The position numbers and the translations under genes are program-made. A DNA stretch of 64,000 nt from NCBI GenBank assembly GCA_000182565.2, contig KQ257452.1; one strand, given 5' to 3'. Of the stretch, positions 48,782-63,750 are shown piece after piece. The notes under the pieces are model-generated. The model was not told where the DNA came from, did no database searches, and worked only from the letters and a program-made list of their open reading frames with translations. Numbering within the stretch: position 1 is the stretch's first letter; each line of letters starts with the position of its first letter. The stretch is from Spizellomyces punctatus DAOM BR117. Lineage: Eukaryota.

Positions 48782-49607
48782 ATGTCAACTCAAACGGATA
48801 GCGTGTAAGGAGTTGATACCATGTTATTGGCGGTTCAAACACACCCATCTTACTCTCCCGGGATAGATATAAAATACTCGTAGCTGCGAATAACACACCC
48901 GCCTCCTACAAGGCTCTCGAATATGCTGTAGACCTGTGCCGAAAGCTTAAAGTCGAGTACAAGCTGCTGATTGTGTATTTTGTGGCTTTGAACCCGAAGC
49001 AGAGTTTACCTTACATGTGAGTTTTGTTAGTAGATGTTGTATAGAGTTGATCGCTCTAACATTCAAAGATTATAGTGATCATTTGGAGAAAGCGTATAAC
49101 ATGGAAATCCAATCCAATGCGGAAAAAGATGTAGCGGAATGTAAGAGTTATCTAACAAAGAACTATGCGGGCAAAGTAGGTCACTCGCGCCTCTTCTTCC
49201 ATGGGTCACCTGTCTCACCATCTATCATGTGTTGGCAGGTCAACTATGAATTTGTTGAAGTGGAAGGTGAAGGCGAAACAGGCCCGTTGATTGAAGAGGT
49301 ATGGCCAATACCAAAGATGTTCCTCTCCCTGCCAGGATTCTAAAAAGCCCGACGCTCTTCTGATCAGTACATTAATGAAACACATCCCGATTTGGGCCTC
49401 TTTGTTGTGGGGACACGAAATCTGGGCAGTCTGAAAAGGTAACTGTCGAGTTTATACTGCTCTGCACTGCTCTTTCGGGGCCATTCTGATCATTGTCATC
49501 TCGATAGATGGGCACTCGGTTCCGTAAGTGACTACTGTCTTCATCACTTGCATTGTCCTGTTACTGTCGTCAAAGACTTGGATTCGCATGTTGAGGATGG
49601 TTCTTGA
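48782..49607 (+). CDS. Universal stress protein (UspA domain)
   Basis: KILVAANNTPASYKALEYAV and VVGTRNLGSLKRWALGSVSDYCLHHLHCPVTVVK. Confidence 0.9.
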
Positions 49608-49737
49608 TTGTTTAAAATAACGATATAAAATAAACTTTCTACATTATTGAGGCGGAGGCTACTAAGCACGCGTCACAAAGTGTTCTAAAGCCCCAAGCAA
49701 CCCGCAGCTCACCAGTGATCTAATTTCTACTTGCACC

Positions 49738-51323
<1,586 letters not shown>

Positions 51324-51493
51324 TTGATATTGTACAGAGTATGCTGGCAGGGTGTAACGCAGAGAAGAAACGGACAGCAGCTCGCATAGGTAATACTTGT
51401 AACAGGATAAGAATAATGATTATGATCATGCCCATGAACACCACCCCATGCTCTATACACCATCCACCATCTATGCCCAATCACAGCACCACT

Positions 51494-52856
51494 TTAAACC
51501 CTTCTTTTGATTCCACCAATCGTTCGAATCTTTTTGGCAGCCTCTAAAGCAGTCTCCTCCCTTTTCTTCCTCTCCTCAGCCGCCTGTTTAACCATCTTCA
51601 TGGACTCAGCGAAACTCAGCTTCTGAATCTGTGCCATTCCCTGGTGCTGGACAGCCCTGGCGACTGGGTTCAACGCAGGAATGTTACACAAGCGTCGGAA
51701 GGACGGGTTCTTGAGAGCAAACGTTTGCAAGAGTGTGAACGCGTTTGTGGAGATCCAGTACATGAAAATTGCCTGAGATTGAAAGAGTTATATTAAATTA
51801 TGGTTCGGGCACTCAAGATATTAGGATGAAGGGCCTCACCGATGGAAGTTGAGCTGTGAAAGGTATGGATCCAATCAAGGCTATACGCAAAACGTTTTTA
51901 AAGGTCGCTGTTTGGGCATTGTTGACTTGAGTTCCCATTTCTGCCCCAAGCTACAAAAGATACCAAAAATATGAGCATCCACATCAATAAGTGACAGGGA
52001 CCTTCATGTTGAGATTTTCACAACATACCTCCATGACAGCCAACATTCCCAAACTCGCCACAATCGGTAACACATAGGTCGGGTCGGGGATGGACAAATT
52101 CGCAAACCACGCCAATCCCCCCGTCTCAAACCCAGGCACAGGCAGCTCAGCCATTCCCTTAAGGCCAAAGAAAAACGAAATGAACACTGGGGCTTGAACA
52201 AGAGCAATTAACCCTCCCAAGGGGTTAACACCCGCGTTCTTGTATTCTTCCCTCAATTTCTGCAGGGCCTTTTGTGCTCCGACCATATCGCCTTCAGCTC
52301 TCAGACGGGTCATTTCGTCCTGGAGTGGTTTGGTCTTGTGGCTGATGTTATTCATCTTTGCCGAACTGCGCTGAACGCGGAGGATGAGAGGGGTCAAAGC
52401 CACTCGGATCAAGAGGGTGGTCGCCATGATGGTAGCCCACCATGGTAGACCTGTGGTGACATAAACAGCTTCAATAAGGGACTGGGCTAATCCTGCGGGA
52501 GTGGAGTTGCAGAGGCCAAGAGTTTTCAGGTCCCCCAGGTGGGATATGGATGTTAGCGCTGGTTGGAGGGTTGCGTCCAGAAGGGTGGGATCAGAGAGAA
52601 AGGATGGGGTTGTGCTTGTCGTGGTTGTGATTGCGTCGGTAGGTGGTACTGGAGGTGAAATAGCGTCTGTGGAGCTCGGTGGGGTCGGTACGGCACTGGT
52701 CTGTGCAGCGGTAGCTACAGGTTCCTCCACCTCCTTGGTCTTGGAGGACCAGAAATTCCGTCGCGTTTGGGCAATTGGCGCTGTCCATGGAACAGAAAGA
52801 CGAGTCGCTCTCTGACTTAGGGTGCGAAATGCGGGAGTTGCAATGGGTCGAAACAA
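51494..52856 (-). CDS. OXA1: Mitochondrial inner-membrane insertase Oxa1
   Basis: Presequence-like N-terminus, TGLPWWATIMATTLLIR, QAPVFISFFFGL, GGLAWFANLSIPDPTYVLP and MYWISTN. Confidence 0.95.
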
Positions 52857-53219
52857 TGCATTGGTGCACTTTCCTACTGGCGGCCTGCACGAAATTCGTA
52901 GATCACACGTCAGTCAATCTAAACGCTTATCCATACCTAATGATTTCAAATAGGGCATACCTATGTTGACTTCCCCATATCTGGTTCAACGTTCTCGTCC
53001 GCACCGTCAGTGCAGAAAGTGACCTTATGCCTGACATTTTTTGCCCCAAACTCTTCCTCCAAATTCAAACTGCTTGGAAGAACGCAGCTCTTGGGCGAAA
53101 TGTCCGATATGTTGTCATGACAACGTCTGATCTCGTGACTTCTGGACATTGGGAACTGGACTAGTCGCACAGCGTAAGCGCAGAGCGTGTCTTGTTTGTT
53201 CTTCTGCCTTCCTCTCGAC

Positions 53220-53863
53220 ATGTGTAAGTTACTCGAATTTCCTGCACGGCTTTCGACGTAGACATTGCTGATACATTTCATCCCACAGGTAAACATATTC
53301 TAAACGCACAGGTAAACTCTTATTGCTCTCCGGGTCCCCAATTACGTTCTAAGCAACTCCAAGGTCTCCATTCGAGCACCATGCTGCCAAAAGTGGTACG
53401 ACTGTCCCGAGTGCCATCAGGAAGTATCGGATCATAACCTACGGTAAGTTCTCAATTCTGGCGCACAGAAGAAGCGTGTATTGATAGATATCCTAGAAAA
53501 ACCGTGGAAATGGTGATGGCGTGTAAAAAGTGCAAAAAGGTATTTCGGAAAGATATGAGGTGGGTAAACGGCCGCGTGTTCTTTGGAGTTTTTGAATGTG
53601 ATTCTCATCATAACTATAGCAATTATGAGGAAGAGGACGAGTATTGCCCAAATTGTGATAATCACTACGTGATCGAGGCGAAAACACCTCAAATGGTTCG
53701 TATTTCGGCCAGCGTCGTCTCATATTTTTGCGCAGAATCTCATCTTGCGCTTTGTGCATAGGGAATTGGAATTGAAGGCGATGATCCACGATTGGTCAAG
53801 GATTTTAGAAAGAAGCAGGCGCAGATAGTTGAGGAAGATTTCATGTCGGATCGGTTGGGATGA
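53220..53863 (+). CDS. CHY-type zinc-finger protein
   Basis: Spliced reading MCKHILNAQVSIRAPCCQKWYDCPECHQEVSDHNLRKTVEMVMACKKCKKVFRKDMSNYEEEDEYCPNCDNHYVIEAKTP. Confidence 0.88.
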
Positions 53864-54016
53864 GACTGGTCTGGGGGGTATTGGATTTGGCGGTACGGGT
53901 AGTGCTGGCACTTGCGGTATGCCGATATTGGTTACATAAAGTACAAAAACAATAGTAATACTAAGAACACATTCAGTGAAAGCTTATTCCGCCTCACATT
54001 CGGGTGACAGTGGACT

Positions 54017-55239
54017 CTATGTATTGCGATCCTGTTCTTCCAGATACTGCCGAATAGCAGTAGAACTAATCTTCAACCTCATGTTATCGCGATCAACGTT
54101 GGCAGATTTGGGCGATATTACATTAATTGTATAAATATCGAGTGGATTTAAACCTTGCTCCTTTCTCAAAGTATTCACTATGGTAGAGAGATTAACATCA
54201 GAACAAAACCACTACGAGAATGGAATAAATAGCCCATACCAGCTTCACATCCTTTAAGGGTCTCGGCGGATCCCACAATCGCCTGCAAAGTGGCATCATA
54301 GCGCGTAGGACCATACTCATCCGAAATGGGTACGACATCATAAGCAATCTTGGTTCCTCGAATGCGATTTAGAAAGGCTCGTACATTGGCGAGGCGAAAT
54401 TCGAGGGGTTCCATTTTACTCGATGCTTTTTTGCGGGACAGGCGGTCGGGGCTCAAGTCTTTTGATCGCATTAGTGTCTCGCTCGTCACGTCTATAGCAA
54501 AACTTAATCCTTACCCATGACACCGCATACCAATCTCGTTCTAGTCAACCAGGCTGCAGCCGTCAGCAAAATCTTGTGTCCACTATGAAGGTGATCAAAT
54601 GTACCTCCCAGTGCTACATGATCGTAAGCGGCTGGCCTGTCTCCCGCCGTCGTCGATGATAGTGGCGGCGATGGATTAGAGATGGGTTCATCGATATCTG
54701 CAATGTCTGGCTCAGGAATCTCAATTAGATGAAGGTGCTGAAGGTTATCTTTCCCTCTTCGAACGTTGACAGTCGCCAGAAGGACTTGATCTACAAGAGT
54801 CGTTAGTGACTCTATTCTTCAAGAATGGCAAGGCACCACACGCATTACCTTCAGGGTATCCAACAAACCCATCCACATCCTCCGCGAGCCACGGGTCATA
54901 CCCACACCATCCTTCAAATATAATATCAACGTTTACCAGAGGGACATGCAATCCGTAAGCCGTGTTCGACGCGGCTGTATAGAGCTTGCACAAGAGCGAT
55001 TGGATTTCTCCCCATTTTTGGACCGGAGTGTGTGTTGTGGAGGTTAGGTCTGGGCTGGAGAGTATAATTGTCAACTGCGGTGGTGAAGTGGGCTTGGGGA
55101 TGCAGAGTTGGGTTATTGAGGCGGTTATAAGGTTGAGGCTGCGGGTGAGCGTAGAGGAGAGGGTTGGGAGAGAGAGTGGTAAGAGGAGGGAGTGTGGACG
55201 CCGTTGGTCTTGTTCGCTTTGGGGTAGTGGTGATGGCAT
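54017..55239 (-). CDS. CAB4: Phosphopantetheine adenylyltransferase (Cab4-like cytidylyltransferase family)
   Basis: [39 protein letters not shown] and KISSTAIR. Confidence 0.88.
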
Positions 55240-55995
55240 GATTGGAATGCAAATGTAGTGTTCTGACAAGAAACGGTCGTCTGATGATACGCGTTCATTT
55301 TCTTTAGTTTCATAGTTTGTTAAGTTGTAGGAACGTTCAGATTCTCGAGGACCTTTGGAGACTCTTCGGGGAAGCAAAAGAGAGTCTGCTTGGTCTTGTC
55401 ATTCAAATATCACCTTAAGTTGGTGTGTGGTTTGCAGGCGGCGGAAGAGGTCACTCTGATACCAACACATCGAATGAGTCGGCAACTTCCATGACCCCGA
55501 AGTGCACCTTATTCATCTCGATATGCTGAGGATGCATGCAAGCGGGGTGCCACGATCCATTGATATCATTGATATCACATATCTGATATGGGCAACATGC
55601 TCGGACATACTCCAGTCAACCCTACCAGGATACAGCTGTGTCCCGTAGGTTACGTTGCTGCATTCCGAATAAAATAAAAATAAACTTGTGGCAGCTCATG
55701 CGGCGAGAAGTTGCATTGATGGTGTAATTGCTCACATAGCCCTGTTTTTCATCTAGTATGGGGATAGCATGCCAATCCATCGACATTATACAGATGTTTG
55801 AATCTTGATGGTTGTTCACACTATCCATCAGAGTCATATATATCTCCAAACGATTACCTGGAATAACGCAGAGTATTTCCCCACGTCCTGATTTGTGAAG
55901 GATGGAATCTGGCAGAATCTGAATCCACTCGACCCACCCACTTGTCATGCCGTTGTTGAAGCTGGGCTGGATATCGGTTCAGAAAGCGCTGCTGG

Positions 55996-56012
55996 GGTTA
56001 GGGTTAGGGTTA
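55996..56012 (+). repeat. Interstitial telomere-like (TTAGGG)~3 tract
   Basis: ggggttagggttagggtta about 110 bp upstream of the EXO70 start. Confidence 0.7.
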
Positions 56013-56118
56013 CTCGCCTCATCACATGATTGTTCGTGGCTGGGAGAGGCAAGCGCTTGCTGACTCACACACCTCCGACTTATCCTGCAAGAAGGGCATC
56101 TCAGATCCGTATTACACC

Positions 56119-58810
56119 ATGGTTTACATTGAAAGGTAAATATTCACACTCCCGTGTTTTTCATCCGTATTCACGCAAGTGTGTAGCCATACAGACACGC
56201 ACTTGGAGCGGAGGAGGGAATTGGAGAGGGTTTTGTATCAGGTATAGTACTGAGCTGCCGAAACCTCGTTTCCACCCGGTCACGAATAGAAGCCTATGTT
56301 TAGGACATTCAAGAGCTGGAACTCCTCCAAGAAAGCCTAAGCAAAACTTCTGTACTCTCCGAGCGTATTGTATGTCAATTGACGAAATGGATTACTTGAA
56401 GACGCGTGATTTCATATCGCTTTTGTTTGCAGGAGACAATGCTGAACTCCTTTGATGTGCGACTGGGCAAACTTGAGACGTCGATACTACCTATACATCG
56501 GAGTACGCAAAAGCTCACAAAACTTTATGACCGTAAGCTTAATATTGCTTGAGCCAGGATGTTGCGGGTAGTTGATGCTTTTACTTTAACTGCTAGATAT
56601 CAGTTCGTCGTTGGATCAGGTTCAAATTGTGGTAGATTATTTTGATATTGGGACAAAGGAGGAACCGTTTATTGCCAAAGGGTATGTCTTGCTGATTGGT
56701 TGTGCTATTGCAGATTCAAATGTAGCAGATTGATTTATGTTGCGCACATAGGCCACAGGAGGAGGACATGGCACCTTTCTTGAAATCGGTTGAGTCGCTC
56801 AAAGATGCGTTGACTTATTTACAAAAGACGAAATACAAGGCTTCCGACCGGGCCATTATTCATTTGGTATGCATCACATTCTCGACGGAAAGGCAAACGC
56901 CAACTTTTTCTAATAAAACGTCAAAGAAATATATGCTCACGAAAGCCCTCGGTCAACTCAATAACCTCTTTCGAAAATGGCTCACAACCGCCAGTACACC
57001 CCATGATCCCCAAGCAAACCCAGATCCTCCCCAGATTCCGGAACCAACACTCAAAAACATACAAAAACTCGCCACGGAGCTCCAAACGTCCAGTATAGGC
57101 GACCTGGATTTTCCACCAGTCTATCTCAAGATCTACGAAGAAGTTCGCACGCAGTTCTTGGTTAGGTGCTTGGCGTCCCTTGTTGCAACTGCGAGGGAAC
57201 AGGAGAAAGTAGATCGAAAGGCATATCAGAAGGGCACATGTGCATTCGTTCCGCTTGTTGGATGGTTGTTGAAACTACTCAAGGTAGGTGTGCTTCATGT
57301 TACCTTGTCCCTGGTGGCGTATATGAATTTTTTTGAATGCAGGCCGAAAAAGACCTTGTAAACAAACTCCTGCCCAAATCATCCGCACCCACAATTTTCC
57401 AAACCACCATTGCTGCCCCGATTGATACGGTCGTTGAAATCGGGGAAGCCATGTGTGCGCGTGTCAAGAGGAATGTTGCCAAGAGAGAGTATGCGGATGT
57501 GTTTCTTTTGGTAGACGTTGTGGAAGGCTTATTGGGATATTTGAAAGAGTTTGAGGGTGTTATTGCGGTAAGGTGCACTAGAGGGAGGATGTTGCTAAGC
57601 ATTTCCGAGGTGCTGATTGTGTATCTTCGTGCATTTGGCGCAGTATGCTGGAGCAAAGGGGAACGACATCGTCGAGCTGGCAGGGAATTGCAAAGCGGTT
57701 GTCGTTCAGGCTCTCGGACAGTTTTGCGAGGATGTCAAGGTACGTTGTTTTCAAATTTTGTCCATGACCACATTTCCCCTCACCGCCTGACCTTGTTGTA
57801 CAGAACGATACAAATAAGGGATCAGTAGCTGCTGACGGGACAGTGCACGAGTTGACCAGTACGGTAGGATTGACCTTTTGGGGGCTATATCCTAAAAAGC
57901 TACTTATACAAGGACCGTAGACGCTCAACACCCTTCGACGATTGGTCGACTATCACACCGCCATTGACCTGATCATCTCTGATGCAGCAGTAATTATCTC
58001 ACATTCGACTTGTCACATAGGAATAGTTACTTACGATTTTTTACATAGCCCCCACTCACATCCCAACGATTCACATCCCTCCTCTCAACCGTCCTCTCAG
58101 CACTGTACACAACCATCGACCAAAAATCTAAATCATACAAGAAACCCACATTGGCGTCCATTTTCTTAATGAACAATTACCATTACGTTTATAAGAATTT
58201 ACGGGCAAGTCGACTTGCGGATGTTGCTGAGTCTGATGATGTGGAGAGGGTTGAAAAACTTTGGGGAAGACAGAGGGAGGTATACAGAGATAGGTAATAG
58301 GTCTGAGGTATGCGATATCCTGTTTCTCTTATTCAAGTGTTTTCTCTTGTAGCTGGAAACCGGTCATTGAGGCCATAACTGATAAGGGCCTAGCGATCGC
58401 CCCTAATACAAAGACCTTAACCAAATCGCAGAAGGAAACAATCAAGGATAAATTCAAGGTATTGAACTACGTATTTTTCCAGCCTCACTGGAGCTAACCC
58501 TTCGAAACCTTTCTCAGTCATTCAACAATGAGTTCGACGAAACTTATAAGCAACAGAAAACCTACTCGATACCCGACCCTGAACTCCGCGCTGTAGTCAT
58601 CAAAGACGTAAAAGCGATTTTATTACCTTTCTACAGAGGGTTTCATGACAAGTAAGTATTGAGCATTAATTGTTCTTTCAACTGGCATTGATTTGGTTTT
58701 CAAGGTTTATTGGAATGGAGTTTACGAAGAATCTCGATAAATACGTTCGATACTCGCCAAAAACTCTCGAATTGGCTATCGAAAAGTTCTTCGATACTGG
58801 TGCTTTGTAG
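56119..58810 (+). CDS. EXO70: Exocyst subunit Exo70
   Basis: MLNSFDVRLGKLETSILPI, DGTVHELTS, IFLMNNYHYV, IKDKFKSFNNEFDE, YSIPDPELR, FYRGFHDK and FTKNLDKYVRY. Confidence 0.93.
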
Positions 58811-59109
58811 AATGATTTTCGGTTTCGTACTATATCCACCGGTAGTTCTGCCCATAGATGTAGTTTTAAAAGATTTGTTAGCATGGATTTGTTTCAATGC
58901 ATTTATTTAAGTGAAAAGGATCGGAGACGATGATAAGTAAAAGTTTTGGATCTGGCAATGTAAGGATAAAAGAAGTACATTTACAAGTCGGAGAATAATG
59001 ATTACGTAAGCTATTGATCGGGCGGGATGGGTGCAGTGGTTGGTTTCGTTATTTTTTGGATGTTTGTTTTTGGGTCTTGTTTAGTATCATTTCTTTTGCA
59101 TTTGGCGAG

Positions 59110-61128
59110 ATGAATCAGGTATGTGCTGATAGGTTTTATTTGATATACCTTATATCATTGTTGTTGGGCGCATAATGTCGAAAAATGTGGTTGCTCGTCC
59201 TCTTACGTCGATCATTCTTTCTTATAGCAGGGAGGTATCGCTATTGCCAGTCGATCACACAGACACAGACGAAATGGAGGGGAGGTTAGTGCGTCTCTGG
59301 TCGTATCATACGCTGGTCAGAACCGACACCTTCCACATAGAATATAACCGTCATCACCCGCGATAATATCCGGACACTTCGCCCGCATCCGCGGGACATG
59401 CCCCGTGAGCTGGGACCGCCCGGGCAAGTCGGATGGCGGGAAAAGGTGTTGGTTGGTTGGGAGGAATTGGAGAGGGTCAAGGTGTGTGGTGTTTGTTGGT
59501 AATGGAAGAGTTGTTTTTGACAGCATGTGTGCAGAGGCAGGCAAGAGTGATGAGCAAAGAAGAGTTGAATAAACAGAGCGCGGACATGAATCGTATTAGG
59601 ATTGAGGCCGCTGAGGCTGCAAAGGAACGCAAGGTATAATTGGATCTGTGGGATTCTTTGTCAGGAAGAGGTGCAACATTACCCATACTATTCTTTCCGA
59701 TATCAGACCAAAATGGAGGCTTACGACCATACACGAACGCAAAACGCCCACCTAACGACCCTCGAAGCGGAAGCCAAAGCCAAGTCCAACTACCTTCTCT
59801 CCAAAGCGCAACTTCAACTCGAAGAACAAGAAGACGAGATCAAGCACATGAATGAGCTGATGCTGTATGCAAAGTGTGTAGCGATTCGGGACCGACAGGT
59901 CGATGAGAAGAAAATGATTGAGAAAGAGAGGAAACAAGAGGAGAGGAGGCTAGATGCTATCATGGAGGCTGAAAGGGTGCAGGAGTTGAAAAAATTGGAG
60001 GAGAGAGAGCGGAAAAGGGCTGAAGGTTGGTTTTTTACGTTATGTACAAGGGAGAAAAAATGACAGCCCCGAGAGCTTATGCGGGATGCTTTTATCAGAA
60101 ATGCGTAAAGGAGCTGCCACAATCCGCGCCCAAATAGCCGAACGTCGCGAAGCTGCACTTTTAGACGATGAAAAACGAGACCAAGAAACGAAAGGCATCC
60201 TCGCACAAATTGCCCAACAAAATGCTCAAGAAGTCCAAGAAAAAGCAGCAAAAATCAATCTCCAAAAGCAACTCCGTCTCCAGGTTGTCAAAGCCAACCA
60301 AGAATCCGCAGAACGAAAGAAGCTTGCGAAAGAAAAGGAGGAGGAAGAGGACCGTAAAGTCCTAGAATACATTCTCGAAAAGGAGAAACGCGAAATTGAG
60401 AACGATCGCATCCAAAAAGAAAAGAAGGCCGAGCGAGAAAAAGAACTTGCCCGTCTTCGCGCTGCTCAAGAGAAAATGTCTGATAAACAAGCACAACAAG
60501 ATGCACTACGAGCCCAACGAGCATACGAAGCGCATGAGCGAGAGTACCGCCAGAAACTCCTCGTACAAGCGCAAAAGAATGCTGCCAATGAAAAGGAACT
60601 GCGCGAATCGCGAGCAATGCAGCAGCATGCACGTCAGCACGCAATTGCTGTGGAAGCGCATAAAATGCGACAAGAGTTTATGGAGAACCTACAAAGACAA
60701 AAGGAAACAGAGGAGAAGATGAAGAGAGAGGAGTGGGAGCGTAACGAGCGGAACAGGCAGTACGCGCGCCAAGTGCAGGCAAGTTCCCATCTTCTTAAGA
60801 GGACTAGTCTAGATATAACTAAAACCGCATTGTACAGGCACAAATTGCAGAAAAGGAAGCGTTGCGACGCAAGCAACGTGAAGAGTTTTTCATGGAGGGT
60901 GTGAGACTTGCCAAAGAGCGAGCGGAGAAGGTCAACAAGATTGAGCATATCAAAGAGCGCAAACTTCAGGTAGGGCAATCCAAATCCTTTAACAATTTGT
61001 ATAAACAAAACCACTCATAAATAACATAGGAGCTCGTATCTGTTGGCGTTCCTGAAAAGTATTGCAAGGAAGTTGAGCGGAAAGTCCACACAAACCATCA
61101 TAACGTAATGATATCTGTACGCAAATAG
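59110..61128 (+). CDS. CFAP45: Cilia- and flagella-associated protein 45 (CCDC19, TPH domain)
   Basis: EEQEDEIKHMNELMLYAKCVAIRDRQV, EKELARLRAAQEK..DKQAQQDALRAQRAYE and GVPEKYC. Confidence 0.92.
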
Positions 61129-61526
61129 AATTGTGTTGTGAATAGAAGTCGTCGTATACTTTCAACTTGTAAAAGTTGTCTAGCTAGTATCTGGTACAAA
61201 AGTACGACTGGACGAGAGCAAAGGTTCATACGACGGCACAAGGCCTTGCCATGCCGCTCAAACACTTGAAGGCGGAATTACCAACCATTTCACATGGGGA
61301 TATCCTTGGGGAAGAGTACACTTCAAAGTGAAATCTCCTAAAGAAGGCGATGAGGGTTGGGCATCGTTGGGAAGGTGTGCAATCTGACCTGGAATGTAGC
61401 ATGACTGTGCAATTAGTAATACAATTTAACCATATTTGTCAATTCAAGATTGTTGGATTTGCGACGAAGTCGTTTCTGCTTCCTTTTGGCACTTTACTTG
61501 CTTGAATTTACTGTCGAACTATCATC

Positions 61527-62954
61527 ATGTCTCGTCAAGGGTATGCGGTATTGTATACTACCACTGGCATCACTCTTGTTATTAACACATTTGCATTGGA
61601 TACAGATGGGAGGACTCTGACTTTCCTATATTGGTAAGTGCCAGCAGACTTGTCCATAGAGAGATCTGCCGTTGTCTTACTCATGTTCTTGTTGTCCCAT
61701 GTGCTGGCGATAGTGTGAGACATGTCTGGGGCCGAACCCGTACGTGCGCATGACACGACAGGGATATGGAAAAGAATGCAAGATTTGTGGGCGGCCATTT
61801 ACGATATTCAAGTGGAATCCAGGTCAAGGCATGCGAAACAAGAAGACCGAAGTCTGTCAGACCTGTGCTAAAGTGAAGAATGTCTGCCAAACATGCGTTT
61901 TGGATTTGGAGTATGGTGTGTATTAGGGTGTGCCTCTGATGCTTGGACTGTGTGCACTGAGCTCATCGCAGACAACGTTCTCACTTGTTAGGGTTACCCG
62001 TGCAAGTCAGAGATTCCGTTCTTCAAGTCCAGGACGACATTCCGCACTCAGACGTCAATAGAGAATTCTTCATAGCTAGTGTAGAAGGGAAGCTCGGCAA
62101 CGACTCGCTAATCAACTACGCAAAAGCCGATTCGTCTGCTCGCGACCAACTGAAAAAGATGTCGCGCCCGGAGCCTTACTACAAGCGCAATCGCCCCCAC
62201 ATCTGCTCGTTTTATGTGAAGGGGGAGTGTAAGCGGGGAGACGAGTGTCCATTTCGTCACGAGGTACCTGTGGAGAATGACTTGTCCCATCAAAACATCA
62301 GAGATCGGTACTATGGAAAGGACGATCCCGTTGCCAAAAGAATGTGTACGTTTCACTTATACGCATTGTAAACCTGTCTGTGGAGACTGAACACTGCTTC
62401 ATTTTTTTTGCAGTAAATCGAACTGATAAGGCGTCTAAGTTGTCCAACCCCGAAGACACCTCCATCACATCTCTGTTCATCACCGGCATCGACGAAGAAA
62501 TCAACGAACAAGACTTGCGGTAAGGGCTATGTTGTACTTCAGTTCTTTGAGTACTCGTGTCTTACTCTTGTCCGGCTTTTTCAGCGACTACTTTTATGCT
62601 TTTGGAGAAGTAAAATCCATTGTCGTGATTCAGAAATCAAAATGTGCCTTTGTCAATTACGCCACGCGAGCAGCCGCTGAGCTCGCCGTTGATAAATCCT
62701 ACAACAACCTCAATATTAAGGGAAAAGTCTTGCGAGTCCAGTGGGGGAAAGCAAGACCTCAGGGACCCAAAGGCGACGTGCAGACGGAGGTTGGGACGGT
62801 GGTGCCAACACCTCAGCCCGCAAAACAGGGGACAACGTTGGATCAGCTGCTGAATATGCCACCAGCTCCACCACCTCCGGGTGCGGGACCGTCATTTTAT
62901 CCTTCTCAGGATCCAAATATGCTTGGGACGTCGAATAGGGAGTTTAGGGCTTGA
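61527..62954 (+). CDS. RBM22: Pre-mRNA splicing factor RBM22/Slt11 (Ecm2/Cwf5)
   Basis: [54 protein letters not shown] finger [22 protein letters not shown] and RRM CAFVNY. Confidence 0.96.
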
Positions 62955-63075
62955 GATGCGCGGTTGTATAGAAAACGGGTATCCTTGTACGAGTCGTTTC
63001 TTTTTTTGTTTAATATCGTAAAATTATGGCAACGAGTGCGTAGTGTTTCCCAGTTGCGTGGGATTTCCACTGCTG

Positions 63076-63750
63076 TCAATCCTGTCCAAACCCAATTGCA
63101 CTGACTCGTTGTAACTCGGCGCACAGAACAGAAAGCTTGTCCTTGGCGGTCCACTTCCTCCTGTACATCGGTGGAGCAGATATCGACCTCGTTAGATTTT
63201 GTGACCTATTCCTTGATCCCCTAGTGGGTAGTGTACCAGCCCTCCTTATTCTTCGGATGCTCGGCAAACTTTTGACGGATATCCATTCCTCTGCATAAAG
63301 ATCATGCCATGTTACTGGCTCATCCTCTCTACCTCCTTCCTCATCTCTTCCACCTTCCAATCCAGCTGCTTCCCATTCATTAAGCCCCTCACTAGCACTA
63401 TCAATCATCTCAGTCTCCGCAATCCGACGCATCCTCGCGCTCTTTGAATGAGACCTCGGCGGCGGAACTGGCACGGTCGACTCAAAGGATCTCCTTCCCC
63501 TTTCTGTTTCTTCGGCCTCGGTTTGGGAGAGGTAAGGGAGAGACGGGAGTATCGAATGCGTCGAGAGGCGAAGGGGGTTGAGCTGGTAGTTTGGGGATAC
63601 GGATCGGGTGGGGAGGATGGGGGAAGTATGATGGGTGCGACGGCGGTGACGACGACGACGGCGAGTTAAAATGTAGAGTAGCAAAGTGAGGAAAGCGAGG
63701 ATAAGAACACCGAGGGCGGGTATAAGAATGATCAACCATAAGGGAAGCAT
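63076..63750 (-). CDS. Hypothetical single-pass membrane protein (224 aa)
   Basis: Intronless ORF with an N-terminal hydrophobic helix, a poly-Arg stop-transfer stretch and a disordered tail. Confidence 0.65.
   Translation of the reverse strand: MLPLWLIILIPALGVLILAFLTLLLYILTRRRRRHRRRTHHTSPILPTRSVSPNYQLNPLRLSTHSILPSLPYLSQTEAEETERGRRSFESTVPVPPPRSHSKSARMRRIAETEMIDSASEGLNEWEAAGLEGGRDEEGGREDEPVTWHDLYAEEWISVKSLPSIRRIRRAGTLPTRGSRNRSQNLTRSISAPPMYRRKWTAKDKLSVLCAELQRVSAIGFGQD

Noticed and set aside
59814-61014. Long antisense ORFs opposite CFAP45 (likewise opposite TMF1, OXA1 and PPAT)
   Set aside because: These are shadow ORFs caused by the codon bias of the sense genes; they have no motifs or splice support.
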